Below, piece by piece: positions 35,379 through 44,390 of a stretch of 57,360 bases of DNA. The notes under the pieces are model-generated. The model ran no database searches, had not been told where the DNA came from, and saw only the letters and a list, made by a program, of their open reading frames with translations. Positions within the stretch are counted from its first letter, which is position 1. Every line of letters begins with the position of its first letter. Location of the stretch: positions 1-57,360 of the IMG/VR virus record IMGVR_UViG_3300032260_000004; one strand, written 5' to 3'. A program made the position numbers and the translations under genes. Source of the DNA: a virus. Taxonomy: Duplodnaviria; Caudoviricetes.

Positions 35379-36869
35379 TCAGCGTTGAAGCGATGCCCAC
35401 TCGCGCGGGTCATATGGCTTGGCTCCGAACTCCTTCGCCCACCACGCGAGAGCGCCGGCAGCCATCGTGTCCGGCAGGTGCCCGCTGGGCATATAGAGAT
35501 CCTCGTTGGTCGCGTACAGGTGCTCCAGATAGGCATAGTCGATGCGCGGGTAGACGAACTCCGTCCCCTTCTCGATCGCGGCGACGTAGTTCCACAGCAT
35601 GTCCGTCCGCTCCTTCCGGTTCCGGAAGTCGAACGGCATGCTCTCCACTTCGAGAAAGTCGTCACAGACAGATCCTACTCCTGTCGCGTCGTGCGCGCTG
35701 GGACCACCGTACTCTTCCACGCGCTCGTTGTAGGCCCGGATCATGAGGGGCCACGGCTTCCGCCCGTGTCGTGCCCACGCTGCGAGGCGATCCGGCTGGC
35801 TGCCTGAAGTCTCTTCCATCGTGTGAATGATCGTCCAGTCCACGTCACGCGCCCAGTCGGTGCCGTGGTAGAACGATCGCAGGTGGAGAGGCTCGACCAG
35901 CCGGACCACCTCTGAGGCACGCCCTTGAAACTGACCGAGACTCCTATCGAATAGCGCCTCGACCGCTTCGGAGTCAATGGCTCGCGTCTTCGGGCTCGGC
36001 TTCTGAAGCTCGTACTCGATGTCCCACATCGAGAGCGGCACCTCGCCCTTCTTCCGATCGACCTCGGAGTGGGCCAGCCAGCCGTGCGGTTCGAGGTTCT
36101 CGCGGTAGCACCACTCGAAGACCGGCCAACCGCGATCGGTGGCCCGCTTCAGGATCTCCGTCATGGTGCCGTCCGGCTTGTGGTGCGTGCTGGAGCAGAC
36201 CGTCTGCGGGGTCACGCCACGCGCGGCCATCGTCTGACCCATCGCCGCGTCGAAGATGTCGAGATCCATCTCGTCGCACTCGTCGAGTCGGAGCCGCTGC
36301 GGGTGCGGCCCACGTACCGACGAGCCCGAGGCCATGAGCGCCTTGACGAAGGCCCCGTTCGAGAGCCGCATCTCACGCTTCGTCGGGTCCGAGACGAGCA
36401 TGTGCTTCGGAGCGCGCGGGCTGTCCCAGAACTTCCCGTAGGCGTTCGGGTCCGTGCCGGCGATGTAGGAGTGGACGCGCTGCGACTGCTCACCGGATCC
36501 GCCCAGCAGGTTGACGGCAGCGCCTAGTGTGATCGCCTCCGTCAGCGTGAGCAGGGCGAGCAGGAAGCTCTTACCGCCGAAGCCACGAGAGGCGAGCCAC
36601 ACGCAGAGCGGCGTCTCAGCGAAGTAGGCATGCGTGAAGGCGTCGAACGGCGAGACGTGGTGTGGACAGCAGCGCTCCCGAGGGATCCAGACGTTCAGCG
36701 TATCGTAGACCCACTCGTGCAGAGCGTCTGGCGTGGTCGGCGCGTCCGGTGAGGCATGCTGCGGGGTGTCATACGACTGGAGTCGGTCGGCGATCCCCCG
36801 GACGAAGTTCGCCTCGGCGTTGCCCGACTCGGGGACCGCAAGGCCGCTGCCTCGCGTCCTCCAGTTCAC
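35379..36869 (-). CDS. terL: Terminase large subunit
   Basis: Walker A SRGFGGKS, Walker B LRLDECDE, nuclease motifs GTDWA, HDATGVG and HLPD. Confidence 0.92.
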   Translation of the reverse strand: MNWRTRGSGLAVPESGNAEANFVRGIADRLQSYDTPQHASPDAPTTPDALHEWVYDTLNVWIPRERCCPHHVSPFDAFTHAYFAETPLCVWLASRGFGGKSFLLALLTLTEAITLGAAVNLLGGSGEQSQRVHSYIAGTDPNAYGKFWDSPRAPKHMLVSDPTKREMRLSNGAFVKALMASGSSVRGPHPQRLRLDECDEMDLDIFDAAMGQTMAARGVTPQTVCSSTHHKPDGTMTEILKRATDRGWPVFEWCYRENLEPHGWLAHSEVDRKKGEVPLSMWDIEYELQKPSPKTRAIDSEAVEALFDRSLGQFQGRASEVVRLVEPLHLRSFYHGTDWARDVDWTIIHTMEETSGSQPDRLAAWARHGRKPWPLMIRAYNERVEEYGGPSAHDATGVGSVCDDFLEVESMPFDFRNRKERTDMLWNYVAAIEKGTEFVYPRIDYAYLEHLYATNEDLYMPSGHLPDTMAAGALAWWAKEFGAKPYDPREWASLQR

Positions 36870-36943
36870 ACGCGCTTAGCGAGCCAGAGTAGAAGCCAGC
36901 AAACGAACGCCAGCGCAGCGAGCCCAACCAGACCCTCCGTCAC
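36866..36943 (-). CDS. Tiny membrane peptide
   Basis: VTEGLVGLAALAFVCWLLLWLAKRV fills the gap with overlaps at both ends. Confidence 0.4.
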   Translation of the reverse strand: MTEGLVGLAALAFVCWLLLWLAKRV

Positions 36944-37191
36944 TACGCCTCCCACTCCGTGCGGCACTTCGCGGAGCAGAACTGCTTTCGCTTCGTGTCC
37001 GGGTTCCGACGCAGGTGTGCGAAGCTCTGCCGGATGATCGCGCCACACCCCCGGCAGGCTGTTTCGAGAAATTGTGGCCGCTGCTCTCGCTCTCGTTCCG
37101 GCATGGCTCGCTCCCGCGCTCGTACAGTGATCTCCGCGCCCGCTCGGGCGATTCGCTCCACGTCCTTCTTTCCGCAGCCTCTACACGCCAC
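36943..37191 (-). CDS. Zinc-finger protein
   Basis: CRGC twice and FCSAKC. Confidence 0.55.
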   Translation of the reverse strand: MACRGCGKKDVERIARAGAEITVRARERAMPEREREQRPQFLETACRGCGAIIRQSFAHLRRNPDTKRKQFCSAKCRTEWEA

Positions 37192-37465
37192 GAGGTAGCC
37201 GCAGCCGTCGCGCCATCCGCAACGCTGCCCTCGCTCGCATCGCCGTACACTTCCCGCAGAAGTCCTTCTCTCCGTCGAACGACCAGCCGATCTTCGCTGC
37301 CTGCTTCCGGAGCGACTTCGCTTGATGCGGCTTCGACGTGTGGATCCTGACCGTCTCGCCGTCGCGCACATCGACGAGGGCGTGCTTGCCGATCCAGTCG
37401 CCACCGATCCAGTTCTGGCAGCCCTTGAAGTCGCAGTGTAAGGTCGGGTGAAGCTCGTGCGTCAT
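37181..37465 (-). CDS. Zinc-binding hypothetical protein
   Basis: CDFKGC...GW....DFCGKC; ATGA overlap. Confidence 0.65.
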   Translation of the reverse strand: MTHELHPTLHCDFKGCQNWIGGDWIGKHALVDVRDGETVRIHTSKPHQAKSLRKQAAKIGWSFDGEKDFCGKCTAMRARAALRMARRLRLPRGV

Positions 37466-37860
37466 TCGGGGTCCTGTCGAATCCGGGCGATCTCCGCTTC
37501 GAGTTCGAGATTCGCTACGGAGTCCTGAACGTGCCACGCGCCCCGAAGCGAGTCCTGCTGGATCTCGCACTCGACGAGAGGCCGCTCCAGATCGAAGCAC
37601 CGTTCGAGGTACTGCGAGGCGATCAGGTCCCGCATCATGTTCGTCTGCGTCTTCTCTTCGGCCGCCTGCCGCGCGAAGTATTCGGCCTGCACCTTCTCGA
37701 CGCTCTGGATCTCCTGCTGCATTTCGGCGCGTTCCTGAGCCCACACCTCGGGGAACGCCCACATCGTGCGGCCCCAGAGGAACCACGCGCCGCCGAGCGC
37801 AAAGACCGTCGCGAACAGAGCGATCGCCTGCTTCAGTGTGATGAACTTATCCATCGCCAT
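37462..37860 (-). CDS. Single-TM membrane protein with coiled-coil ectodomain
   Basis: N-terminal TM segment; one Cys pair. Confidence 0.65.
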   Translation of the reverse strand: MAMDKFITLKQAIALFATVFALGGAWFLWGRTMWAFPEVWAQERAEMQQEIQSVEKVQAEYFARQAAEEKTQTNMMRDLIASQYLERCFDLERPLVECEIQQDSLRGAWHVQDSVANLELEAEIARIRQDPE

Positions 37861-38143
37861 TCATCCTCTTCGATCCGCGAGACGGGTGCCGAGAGACGGG
37901 GCGCTTCTTCCGCCAGCGCTCCGCGTCCGGACAGTTCGCATGGTGAGCAAGGTACTTCGTGAGGTCGTCTCGTGCGGGTACCGCCACGAGTCCGGTCTCC
38001 GAAGCTGCGAGTGAGAGGTTCCCGTTCATGTTCTCTTCGAGACACATGGTGTTGCCGGTCCGGTAGTGCTTCACGAAGAGCACCGGCTTGTGGCAACTGC
38101 GGCATTCCCTGTACCGGATCTGCGCGTCCGCTGAGTCAGGCAT
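37847..38143 (-). CDS. Zinc-finger protein
   Basis: CRSC...HHANC pattern common in phages. Confidence 0.7.
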   Translation of the reverse strand: MPDSADAQIRYRECRSCHKPVLFVKHYRTGNTMCLEENMNGNLSLAASETGLVAVPARDDLTKYLAHHANCPDAERWRKKRPVSRHPSRGSKRMNGDG

Positions 38144-38372
38144 CGGTCGGGTCCTCCGGGTCACGGCCCCACACAGCCTCGACGCGAAGTTCTCGGCACA
38201 GCACTGGCAGCCGGACGATCGGCAAGTTGTCACGCGCCACCTCCATCTCCAGCGCCTCGGCCCCGGACAGCAGCAGCGGGTTCTTCTTCCCGTTGACGTA
38301 GAACGTGTAGCCGCACCCGCCGTCCACGCGCTGCGTAACGACGATCTCAGGTAGGTCGTCGGCGATCCCCAT
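38136..38372 (-). CDS. Hypothetical protein
   Basis: GGAG RBS; overlaps its neighbours. Confidence 0.55.
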   Translation of the reverse strand: MGIADDLPEIVVTQRVDGGCGYTFYVNGKKNPLLLSGAEALEMEVARDNLPIVRLPVLCRELRVEAVWGRDPEDPTDA

Positions 38373-38541
38373 CGAATAGCTCCGTTTGCTGTCCGGCGAA
38401 GAGGGCAGGGTCCGGACAGTCGGCCGCCTCCCAGCGCCAGTATTGGTCATCACTCCAGCAGTTCGGGTTGCCGCAGCCGTCGCAGCCGCACCGCTCGGCT
38501 CGGTTGCTGGCGCAGCACTTCTTTCCGCAGGCGTAGCACAT
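38347..38541 (-). CDS. Cys-rich small protein
   Basis: MCYACGKKCC...CGCDGCGNPNC. Confidence 0.55.
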   Translation of the reverse strand: MCYACGKKCCASNRAERCGCDGCGNPNCWSDDQYWRWEAADCPDPALFAGQQTELFDGDRRRPT

Positions 38542-38543
38542 GG

Positions 38544-39068
38544 TCAGAACTCGTAGCCGTACTGCTCGATCTCTTCGGCGAACCACTCCGCCACGAACTC
38601 AGCGAGCCCCGGATGCCGCTCGTAGTAGCGCAGGTAGGGGTACCGGGTGGCGGTCACGTTCATGCGAGGCAGCGTCACATCCTCGCCGACCAGAGCGCTC
38701 ATCTCCGCGTCCAGCGCCTCGTAGCGTAGCACCTCGTCGGAGACAGGCTGATAGTTCCAGTACAGCCGGTGTGGCCGCAAGTAGGTCTGCTCGTTGACCC
38801 ACCAGCGAACGAAGCTCTCGAAGTCGGCGGCGCTGCGCCGAGCCCTGTGCATGTACCACCACGAGACGAGCGCGTCCCAGTGATTCCGGACGACCGAGAA
38901 GCTGCGCCAGCCGTCCTGCCTGAGCGCCGCGAGCTTCGCTCGATCGAACTCGTGGTGCTTGCCGACCATCATCGCTCCGCGCCCGCAGAGCCACTCCGCG
39001 ACGGCATGCGAGCCGGTACGTGGTTGCGCGAGGAAGATGAGCTTCTGCTCAGCCCAATGGTAGCTCAT
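38544..39068 (-). CDS. Sulfotransferase family protein (paralog 1)
   Basis: 5'-PSB-like LIFLAQPRTGS, 3'-PB-like VRNHWDALVSW, RYE.L and terminal EIEQYGYEF; ATGA-coupled to terS. Confidence 0.8.
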   Translation of the reverse strand: MSYHWAEQKLIFLAQPRTGSHAVAEWLCGRGAMMVGKHHEFDRAKLAALRQDGWRSFSVVRNHWDALVSWWYMHRARRSAADFESFVRWWVNEQTYLRPHRLYWNYQPVSDEVLRYEALDAEMSALVGEDVTLPRMNVTATRYPYLRYYERHPGLAEFVAEWFAEEIEQYGYEF

Positions 39069-39838
39069 GCGCTCGCTCTCTCCAGTCTGTCTGCTTCGAG
39101 CAGCATCTTTCGGGCGACGTGGTTGAGCAGCTTCTTCGCCACCACCTCGTCGTCCACGAACATCAGCACGGCTTCCTTCAGGTCGTCGGCCATCTCCTCC
39201 CGGACGCCCTGAATCTTGTCCACCCGGATCCAACGCCCGATCGCGATCCGACGATCCATCTCTGCGGCCTGTACGCGGACGATCCGATCGGTCAGCGGGT
39301 AGATCTCGTCCCAGACGTGCTCCGCGCGTGCGCCTGTGAGTGCGTGCTCCAGCCCCTTGGCGATCGTCATGGTCAGGCCGGAGAGGTCGTTGGCGAGGAT
39401 CTGCTGCTCCGCCTTCGTCCAGAGCTTCAGGTTCCGGCCCACGTCGAGCGCTCCCGTCTCGGCTCGATCGTTCAGGTCGATCAGTCGGCGGATCAGGTTG
39501 GCGACGAGCGGGCTCATGTTGAGAAGCTCGGGGTCGTCGCAGAGCGCCATGAGCTTCGCGCGGAGTTCCGGTACGGTGGTCCGCTGGACGAACTCGCTGT
39601 ACTTGCCGTGAATGAAGAGGTTGTGGCCCGGCCCTCGGTAGTCGCTGACGCCCGTGCCTATGTGGCGCTTACAGCGCATGATCCGCCGCTCCGAAGCTGC
39701 GTGCGTCTTTGCGAATCCGTGGCCGGCAGGCTTCCCGCAGTAACCGGGTCCACCGAACGGGCCGGGGTCGAGCTTCGGGAGGGTGTCGCCGTGACCGGCC
39801 TTCCGGGAGTTGCACTTCGGCCACGCCTGCTTCTTCAT
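39065..39838 (-). CDS. terS: Terminase small subunit (probable)
   Basis: N-terminal Cys cluster with RCKRHIG and N..IHGKYS, then a helical region; upstream of terL. Confidence 0.65.
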   Translation of the reverse strand: MKKQAWPKCNSRKAGHGDTLPKLDPGPFGGPGYCGKPAGHGFAKTHAASERRIMRCKRHIGTGVSDYRGPGHNLFIHGKYSEFVQRTTVPELRAKLMALCDDPELLNMSPLVANLIRRLIDLNDRAETGALDVGRNLKLWTKAEQQILANDLSGLTMTIAKGLEHALTGARAEHVWDEIYPLTDRIVRVQAAEMDRRIAIGRWIRVDKIQGVREEMADDLKEAVLMFVDDEVVAKKLLNHVARKMLLEADRLERASA

Positions 39839-39866
39839 GAGAGCCCCGCCCTCCATGAGAGCTTCT

Positions 39867-40088
39867 TCACTCGCCCAGCCCCAAGAACTCGACCGAGCAG
39901 ACGTGGAAGGCGAGGCAGGCGATGAACCAGCAGAGGATTCCCGCAGCGACGATCAGGGTCGATACGCCGGGCGCGAGCGACAGGCGGATCACAAGCAGTC
40001 CGAACCCGAAGAGGCAGACCAGCATGACGAAGCGGATCACGCGAGCGTGTTCGCGCTTCGTCCAACCGTCCGGTCGATACTGGCTCAT
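39867..40088 (-). CDS. Two-TM membrane protein
   Basis: Two hydrophobic segments. Confidence 0.6.
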   Translation of the reverse strand: MSQYRPDGWTKREHARVIRFVMLVCLFGFGLLVIRLSLAPGVSTLIVAAGILCWFIACLAFHVCSVEFLGLGE

Positions 40089-40170
40089 CGTGAGTTGACG
40101 GTCGCGTGGACCGCTGCCTGCGGTTCGTCGATCTCGATCGCGACGGCGTACTCGGTGTCACTCAGCCGTC

Positions 40171-40359
40171 TCATCTCTCTCTCCTTGTGATGTCGATTCC
40201 GTGCTCCCTGCACATGCGGTAGACGGTGGTACGATGAACCCCGAGGCGTCGAGCGACCGCCGACATGTTCACGCCCCCCTTGCGGGCCGGGGCGCTTCGT
40301 AGCGCCTTCACGATCTGGGCGCGTTCCCACGTCCGGTGCTTCTCGGCAAGAGTCTTCAT
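40171..40359 (-). CDS. Fis-type HTH protein
   Basis: ERAQIVKAL...NMSAVARRLGVHRTTVYR. Confidence 0.85.
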   Translation of the reverse strand: MKTLAEKHRTWERAQIVKALRSAPARKGGVNMSAVARRLGVHRTTVYRMCREHGIDITRRER

Positions 40360-40820
40360 GGCTGCACAATCCCGTCCTCGTTCACGGTCACGATCGCGGT
40401 TCGGTCCGTGCCGGGCTGAGCCGGGTCGAGGCCGTAGTAGACATCCTCCCACGTCTGGCCGGGCTCGTACTCGCGCCAGTTCGACGGGTCGTTGTCGTCG
40501 CCGGGGAGGCCGGCGTAGTAGGCCCCGTACTTCTCGGCGAGGTTGTTCCGGTTCACGTTCAGCCAGAGGACTTCCTGCCGAAGCTGTTCGAGCATGTCCT
40601 CTTCCCACTCGCGATTCGAGGCCGCTGCGTAGATCGCACCGGAGATCACGATCAGGGCGCACACGCCCAGCGGGATCCACCACGAGAAGCGAAACCCGAG
40701 CCAGAAGGCGATGCCGATCGCGCCGAGGAACATGCGAGTATCCCCCCGGTTCCACGGCGTAGTGAGCGGGCTCGCAAGCAGCCTGAGAATGAAGAACTGG
40801 TTCTCGATCACCTTACGCAT
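40356..40820 (-). CDS. Membrane protein
   Basis: Two TM segments followed by an acidic domain. Confidence 0.65.
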   Translation of the reverse strand: MRKVIENQFFILRLLASPLTTPWNRGDTRMFLGAIGIAFWLGFRFSWWIPLGVCALIVISGAIYAAASNREWEEDMLEQLRQEVLWLNVNRNNLAEKYGAYYAGLPGDDNDPSNWREYEPGQTWEDVYYGLDPAQPGTDRTAIVTVNEDGIVQP

Positions 40821-41037
40821 GAGGAATCCCCAGTCGGTCCCAGATCTCGCGACGATGCTCTGGGGGCAGGTCGTCCACGGCGATCCGCTTCAGGCAGCCA
40901 CGGCACGACTCACACAGGAAGTCTACGACGCCCGTTCCGGGACGCCACGCCCACTTCCCGCCGATCATCGGCTCGTCGCACACACACCTAGAGGCCAAGC
41001 TCCCTCCTGACCTTTGTTCGAGACCGCTCGCAATCAC
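40813..41037 (-). CDS. Small Cys-containing hypothetical protein
   Basis: CVC...CESC. Confidence 0.5.
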   Translation of the reverse strand: MIASGLEQRSGGSLASRCVCDEPMIGGKWAWRPGTGVVDFLCESCRGCLKRIAVDDLPPEHRREIWDRLGIPHA

Positions 41038-41371
41038 GCCCCGCCACAGAGGCGATCTGCTTGCGGTCCCGGCGCACGGCGCGGTTCCTTTCGCTTAGGG
41101 TCTTCCCGAACTTCAGGCCGTGATAATACATCGCATTCATCGCTTGTTCCAACTTCTCCGGGTCGAGCTTGGCCGGCATCGGCTCCGGATCGGGCAGCGG
41201 GGTGGCGTGGTGGACGACCCGCTGCGGCGCGCCCAGCGGGTCTTCTTTCTTCGACCTGCCGCCGAACTGAGCGTACAGGATCCAGAGCCCGGCGAGCGTA
41301 CCGACGACGAGTCCGATTGTGAACATCGTCTGTGAGTCCATTATTCGTTGACTCTCCCGGCCGTCAGTCAT
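40988..41371 (-). CDS. Single-TM membrane protein
   Basis: N-terminal TM segment. Confidence 0.6.
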   Translation of the reverse strand: MTDGRESQRIMDSQTMFTIGLVVGTLAGLWILYAQFGGRSKKEDPLGAPQRVVHHATPLPDPEPMPAKLDPEKLEQAMNAMYYHGLKFGKTLSERNRAVRRDRKQIASVAGRDCERSRTKVRRELGL

Positions 41372-41413
41372 GGCGCGGCTACAGGTTTCGAGAGTTGTAG
41401 CGGAATACGCTGG

Positions 41414-41487
41414 CCTACATGGTCCGATATTTGCCCCGCGCCGAGTGACCGCGCACGTTCGGTGTCCGCGTCGGAATCCCCAGCCTC
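41414..41487. repeat. 74-bp direct repeat, copy 1
   Basis: Matches 42196-42269 with 4 mismatches. Confidence 0.95.
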
Positions 41488-41533
41488 AGCACAGCGTACC
41501 CACCCTCGGCTCGTCGCCCCACGTTGAGCGTCG

Positions 41534-42151
41534 TCACGCCGTCCCCCTCGGTGTTGACGGTTCATCGCTCGGTTGCCGGGTGTATCCGGCACCCGCACGG
41601 CAGGTTCTGTTCAGGGCGCGAACCTCGTCCATCAACTTGTCGAGCGGTACATCGGCCAAACTCACGGCGAATAACTCGTTGGCGAGGTATTCCAGTGCTT
41701 CCCAGTGCACCACATTCGCGGCCCGCAGGCGTTGTTTCACCTTCATCGCATCGTGCCGCTTCGCCCGTAGACGCTCGACCTCGCAGTAGACACACTTGAA
41801 ATCGTCGTGGGCTACTCGCCCGTGATTCACGCAATAGGCGGATCTCTCGCTCGGCTCTTTCCTGCGTTCCCGTTCCTGTTCCAGCGTGGCGTACAGGTCG
41901 GCACGGACGTACTCAACCTCTCCCGGCAAATCGTGTTGGCTGAAATTGACCACCAGCTTCAGGCGTGCATTTCTCGCCACCCAGATCCGTTCCGGCGCGT
42001 CCAGCGCGACGAGCTTCTTAACCGTATCCTGAAAGATGGCCCGTTCCTGTTCCAGCGCGGCGATGCGGGCGTCCTTCCTTTGACAGTCGGCGCAAAACCC
42101 GATGTCCTGCCCGCAGGCTTCGCACGTTGCCCATTCCCATTGTTCATCCAT
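41534..42151 (-). CDS. Mosaic hypothetical protein (zinc-knuckle and coiled-coil modules)
   Basis: CEAC..CADC, APERIW and repeated LEQE segments. Confidence 0.65.
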   Translation of the reverse strand: MDEQWEWATCEACGQDIGFCADCQRKDARIAALEQERAIFQDTVKKLVALDAPERIWVARNARLKLVVNFSQHDLPGEVEYVRADLYATLEQERERRKEPSERSAYCVNHGRVAHDDFKCVYCEVERLRAKRHDAMKVKQRLRAANVVHWEALEYLANELFAVSLADVPLDKLMDEVRALNRTCRAGAGYTRQPSDEPSTPRGTA

Positions 42152-42461
42152 CGCTGCCCCCTTCCGGCCCGTTCTCCCCCTCGATGAGCCGCCCACCTAC
42201 ACGATCCGATATTTGCCCCGCGCCGAGTGACCGCGATCGTTCGGTGTCCGCGTCGGAATCCCCAGCCTCGGTGGACGGCCTCTGTTCTGTATCGTTCTCC
42301 CCCTCGGTGTCGCGGCGCAGGTGAAAGTCGGTTAGTAGCCTCTCGCCCACGAACGCCGCGAAGTCGCGCCCGTACCTGTGATCGCGACCTTTCCAGTGCT
42401 TGTCCCACACACACTCGACCTCGCGAAACCATGCTTCAATCTTCTCGGATGCGTAGATCAT
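42144..42461 (-). CDS. Hypothetical protein
   Basis: GGGGGAG RBS and ATGA overlap. Confidence 0.55.
   Translation of the reverse strand: MIYASEKIEAWFREVECVWDKHWKGRDHRYGRDFAAFVGERLLTDFHLRRDTEGENDTEQRPSTEAGDSDADTERSRSLGAGQISDRVGGRLIEGENGPEGGSDG
42196..42269. repeat. 74-bp direct repeat, copy 2
   Basis: Matches 41414-41487. Confidence 0.95.
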
Positions 42462-42667
42462 TTCGGCTCCCCCTCGGTGCGTTGGGCGCGGTACAACTCG
42501 TACAATGAATCATAGGCGGCGAATGACGTGTGCAACGCCGACTCGTAGTGGGCTTCGATGATCTTCGTCTGCGCCGTGGCCCCGATCGTCAGCAACAACA
42601 TCGTTGCGAACACGCCGATCGAAAGACCCGCAAGGAACGCCGCAACCGTACTTGGTTTTCGGGTCAT
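42458..42667 (-). CDS. Small single-TM protein
   Basis: Hydrophobic N-terminus; ATGA overlaps. Confidence 0.6.
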   Translation of the reverse strand: MTRKPSTVAAFLAGLSIGVFATMLLLTIGATAQTKIIEAHYESALHTSFAAYDSLYELYRAQRTEGEPK

Positions 42668-42843
42668 CGGTTGAACCTCTTATTCGGGTGGTCGCCCGCA
42701 ATCAACAACGCGAGTAGCGCGAACAACCCGAAGAAGAACGTCCACGCCATCCACGCGCCCGGAGACCGCTCGCGAACTACCGCCATCGAGTGCGCGATCC
42801 ACAGGAACAACGCCACGAGTCCAAACCATATCAGAACTTCCAT
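42664..42843 (-). CDS. 59-aa two-TM protein (not in the ORF track)
   Basis: MEVLIWFGLVALFLWIAHSMAVVRERSPGAWMAWTFFFGLFALLALLIAG...; GGGGGAG RBS. Confidence 0.65.
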   Translation of the reverse strand: MEVLIWFGLVALFLWIAHSMAVVRERSPGAWMAWTFFFGLFALLALLIAGDHPNKRFNR

Positions 42844-42844
42844 T

Positions 42845-43234
42845 TCACTTCTCCCCCTTTGTGTCGCGCAGGGCGCGGCCTTTGACTACCAACAGAACGT
42901 GGCGAATGGACGGACAGCCCATCTCGTCGCAGTTGTGTTCGGGCTTCGGTGTCCCGTAGATGACCACCGTTCCGTCCGGTTCGCGCTCCAGCGTGTGTCC
43001 GTCCCGCACCGCGTCCCGTAGGTCGCGGATGGTGTCCTCGCGTTCTATCTGCAAGCCGTGTCGTCGCTCCGCTTCGGTTGCCGCAAGCGTCACCTCCTGT
43101 TCCAGCGTGGCGACCTCGGCGGCCATTTGATACAGCTTCGTGGAGAGGGGGTGTAGCGAATGTGACCCGCGCTCGTTTGCACGCTTCGCCATTTTCCGTA
43201 TCCGCTCACTTAGCGGCGTCTGTTCGTCAGTCAT
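42845..43234 (-). CDS. Hypothetical protein
   Basis: Coiled coil plus HNCDEMGC. Confidence 0.65.
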   Translation of the reverse strand: MTDEQTPLSERIRKMAKRANERGSHSLHPLSTKLYQMAAEVATLEQEVTLAATEAERRHGLQIEREDTIRDLRDAVRDGHTLEREPDGTVVIYGTPKPEHNCDEMGCPSIRHVLLVVKGRALRDTKGEK

Positions 43235-43349
43235 GGCGTACCTCGGTGTCGAGTGTCCGGCTCATTGGTGGCCGGGACAGGTGGAGCAGCACCGGGAACA
43301 CGGACCCGCCCCGAGCGTTGCCGCACCGGGGACTCCACCTGCCCGGCTT

Positions 43350-43751
43350 TCATGCCGGTGTGATCGTCAGCGTGACGCCCTGCCGTTGCTTCACTCGACA
43401 GATCTCCTGCGAGCAGATCAGGATCAGGTTCTTCGGACCGTCGTCCACGAAGTAGTGACCCTTCAGCCCGTCGAGGATCCACTCCAGCGAGGCCGGCAGC
43501 TTGTCCTCGTCCCGCAGACTGTGCATCCGGAAGTGGGCGTGGATGTGGACGTGCTCGGGCACCGGGTCGGGCGGGTTCAACTGCTCCCGCGCTCGCCAGT
43601 ACGCGGCGTCCTTCGCCTCGTTCTTCCGCTTCGTGTAGTTGCCGCTGCTTCGCCATACGAGTGCGTTCTTCGCGTTCTGGCTCAGGGGGACGGGGAACCT
43701 GAGCGTGTAACTGTTACCCGCGCTCCAGTACTTCTCAGTTGGGCGATCCAC
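43350..43751 (-). CDS. rusA: RusA-like Holliday junction resolvase
   Basis: P.SQN, RDEDK...ILDGL....VDD acidic pattern. Confidence 0.75.
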   Translation of the reverse strand: MDRPTEKYWSAGNSYTLRFPVPLSQNAKNALVWRSSGNYTKRKNEAKDAAYWRAREQLNPPDPVPEHVHIHAHFRMHSLRDEDKLPASLEWILDGLKGHYFVDDGPKNLILICSQEICRVKQRQGVTLTITPA

Positions 43752-44092
43752 TCGTCGAACTCCCGCTCGTTCAGGTCTTCAATGTCCTTCAGGGTCAGGC
43801 CGTCCTGCTGGCTGATCTCGTGCACCGGGATCCAGCCGGCATCCTGAGCAATCTTCAGGGCAAGAACCCTGCCGGCGAGCCGCTCGTCCCAGCAGTTCAT
43901 CGTCGCGAACCGAGCGATCTCGCCCTGCACGACTTCGAGGATCTCTTCCTGCGTCTTCGAGAACTGGTCGGTCATGAGCCGGAACATGGGCAGCGGGAAG
44001 ATGCCCTTCCGCTCCAACTCGATCACCACGTCGAGGACGCGCCCGTTCAACTTCTCCGTTGACCAGATCGAGGACAGGCTATGCTCCCCCAT
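43682..44092 (-). CDS. Hypothetical protein
   Basis: 136-aa ORF in the operon. Confidence 0.55.
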   Translation of the reverse strand: MGEHSLSSIWSTEKLNGRVLDVVIELERKGIFPLPMFRLMTDQFSKTQEEILEVVQGEIARFATMNCWDERLAGRVLALKIAQDAGWIPVHEISQQDGLTLKDIEDLNEREFDEWIAQLRSTGARVTVTRSGSPSP

Positions 44093-44390
44093 GATCGTCT
44101 CCGTTCGCTCTGCGATCCTTCATGACCTCCATGACGGCCGGCGCGGACATCGCGCTCGCCATAGCGTAGGTCGCGACGGCCGCCACCGCTGCGAGGTTGC
44201 CGCCGATCGACGGCTGCTGCGGATCGAGGAACTGCCGCCAGAGCATGCGGTGCAACGACTCCATGCAGCCCATCGTCTCGTTGCGTCCCGCATGCGGCAC
44301 GGCTTCGATCTGCTGTCGGTAGCGGAGCGCCTCGGCCCGCACGATCGCGAGCGCAGCGTCGAGGTGCTCCGCGTCGATTCGTTGGCTCAT
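44079..44390 (-). CDS. Hypothetical protein
   Basis: ATGA overlap; 103 aa. Confidence 0.6.
   Translation of the reverse strand: MSQRIDAEHLDAALAIVRAEALRYRQQIEAVPHAGRNETMGCMESLHRMLWRQFLDPQQPSIGGNLAAVAAVATYAMASAMSAPAVMEVMKDRRANGDDHGGA

Noticed and set aside
41414-42269. Repeat pair as a DGR template/variable region
   Set aside because: No reverse transcriptase in the window, and the differences are not confined to adenines of one copy.
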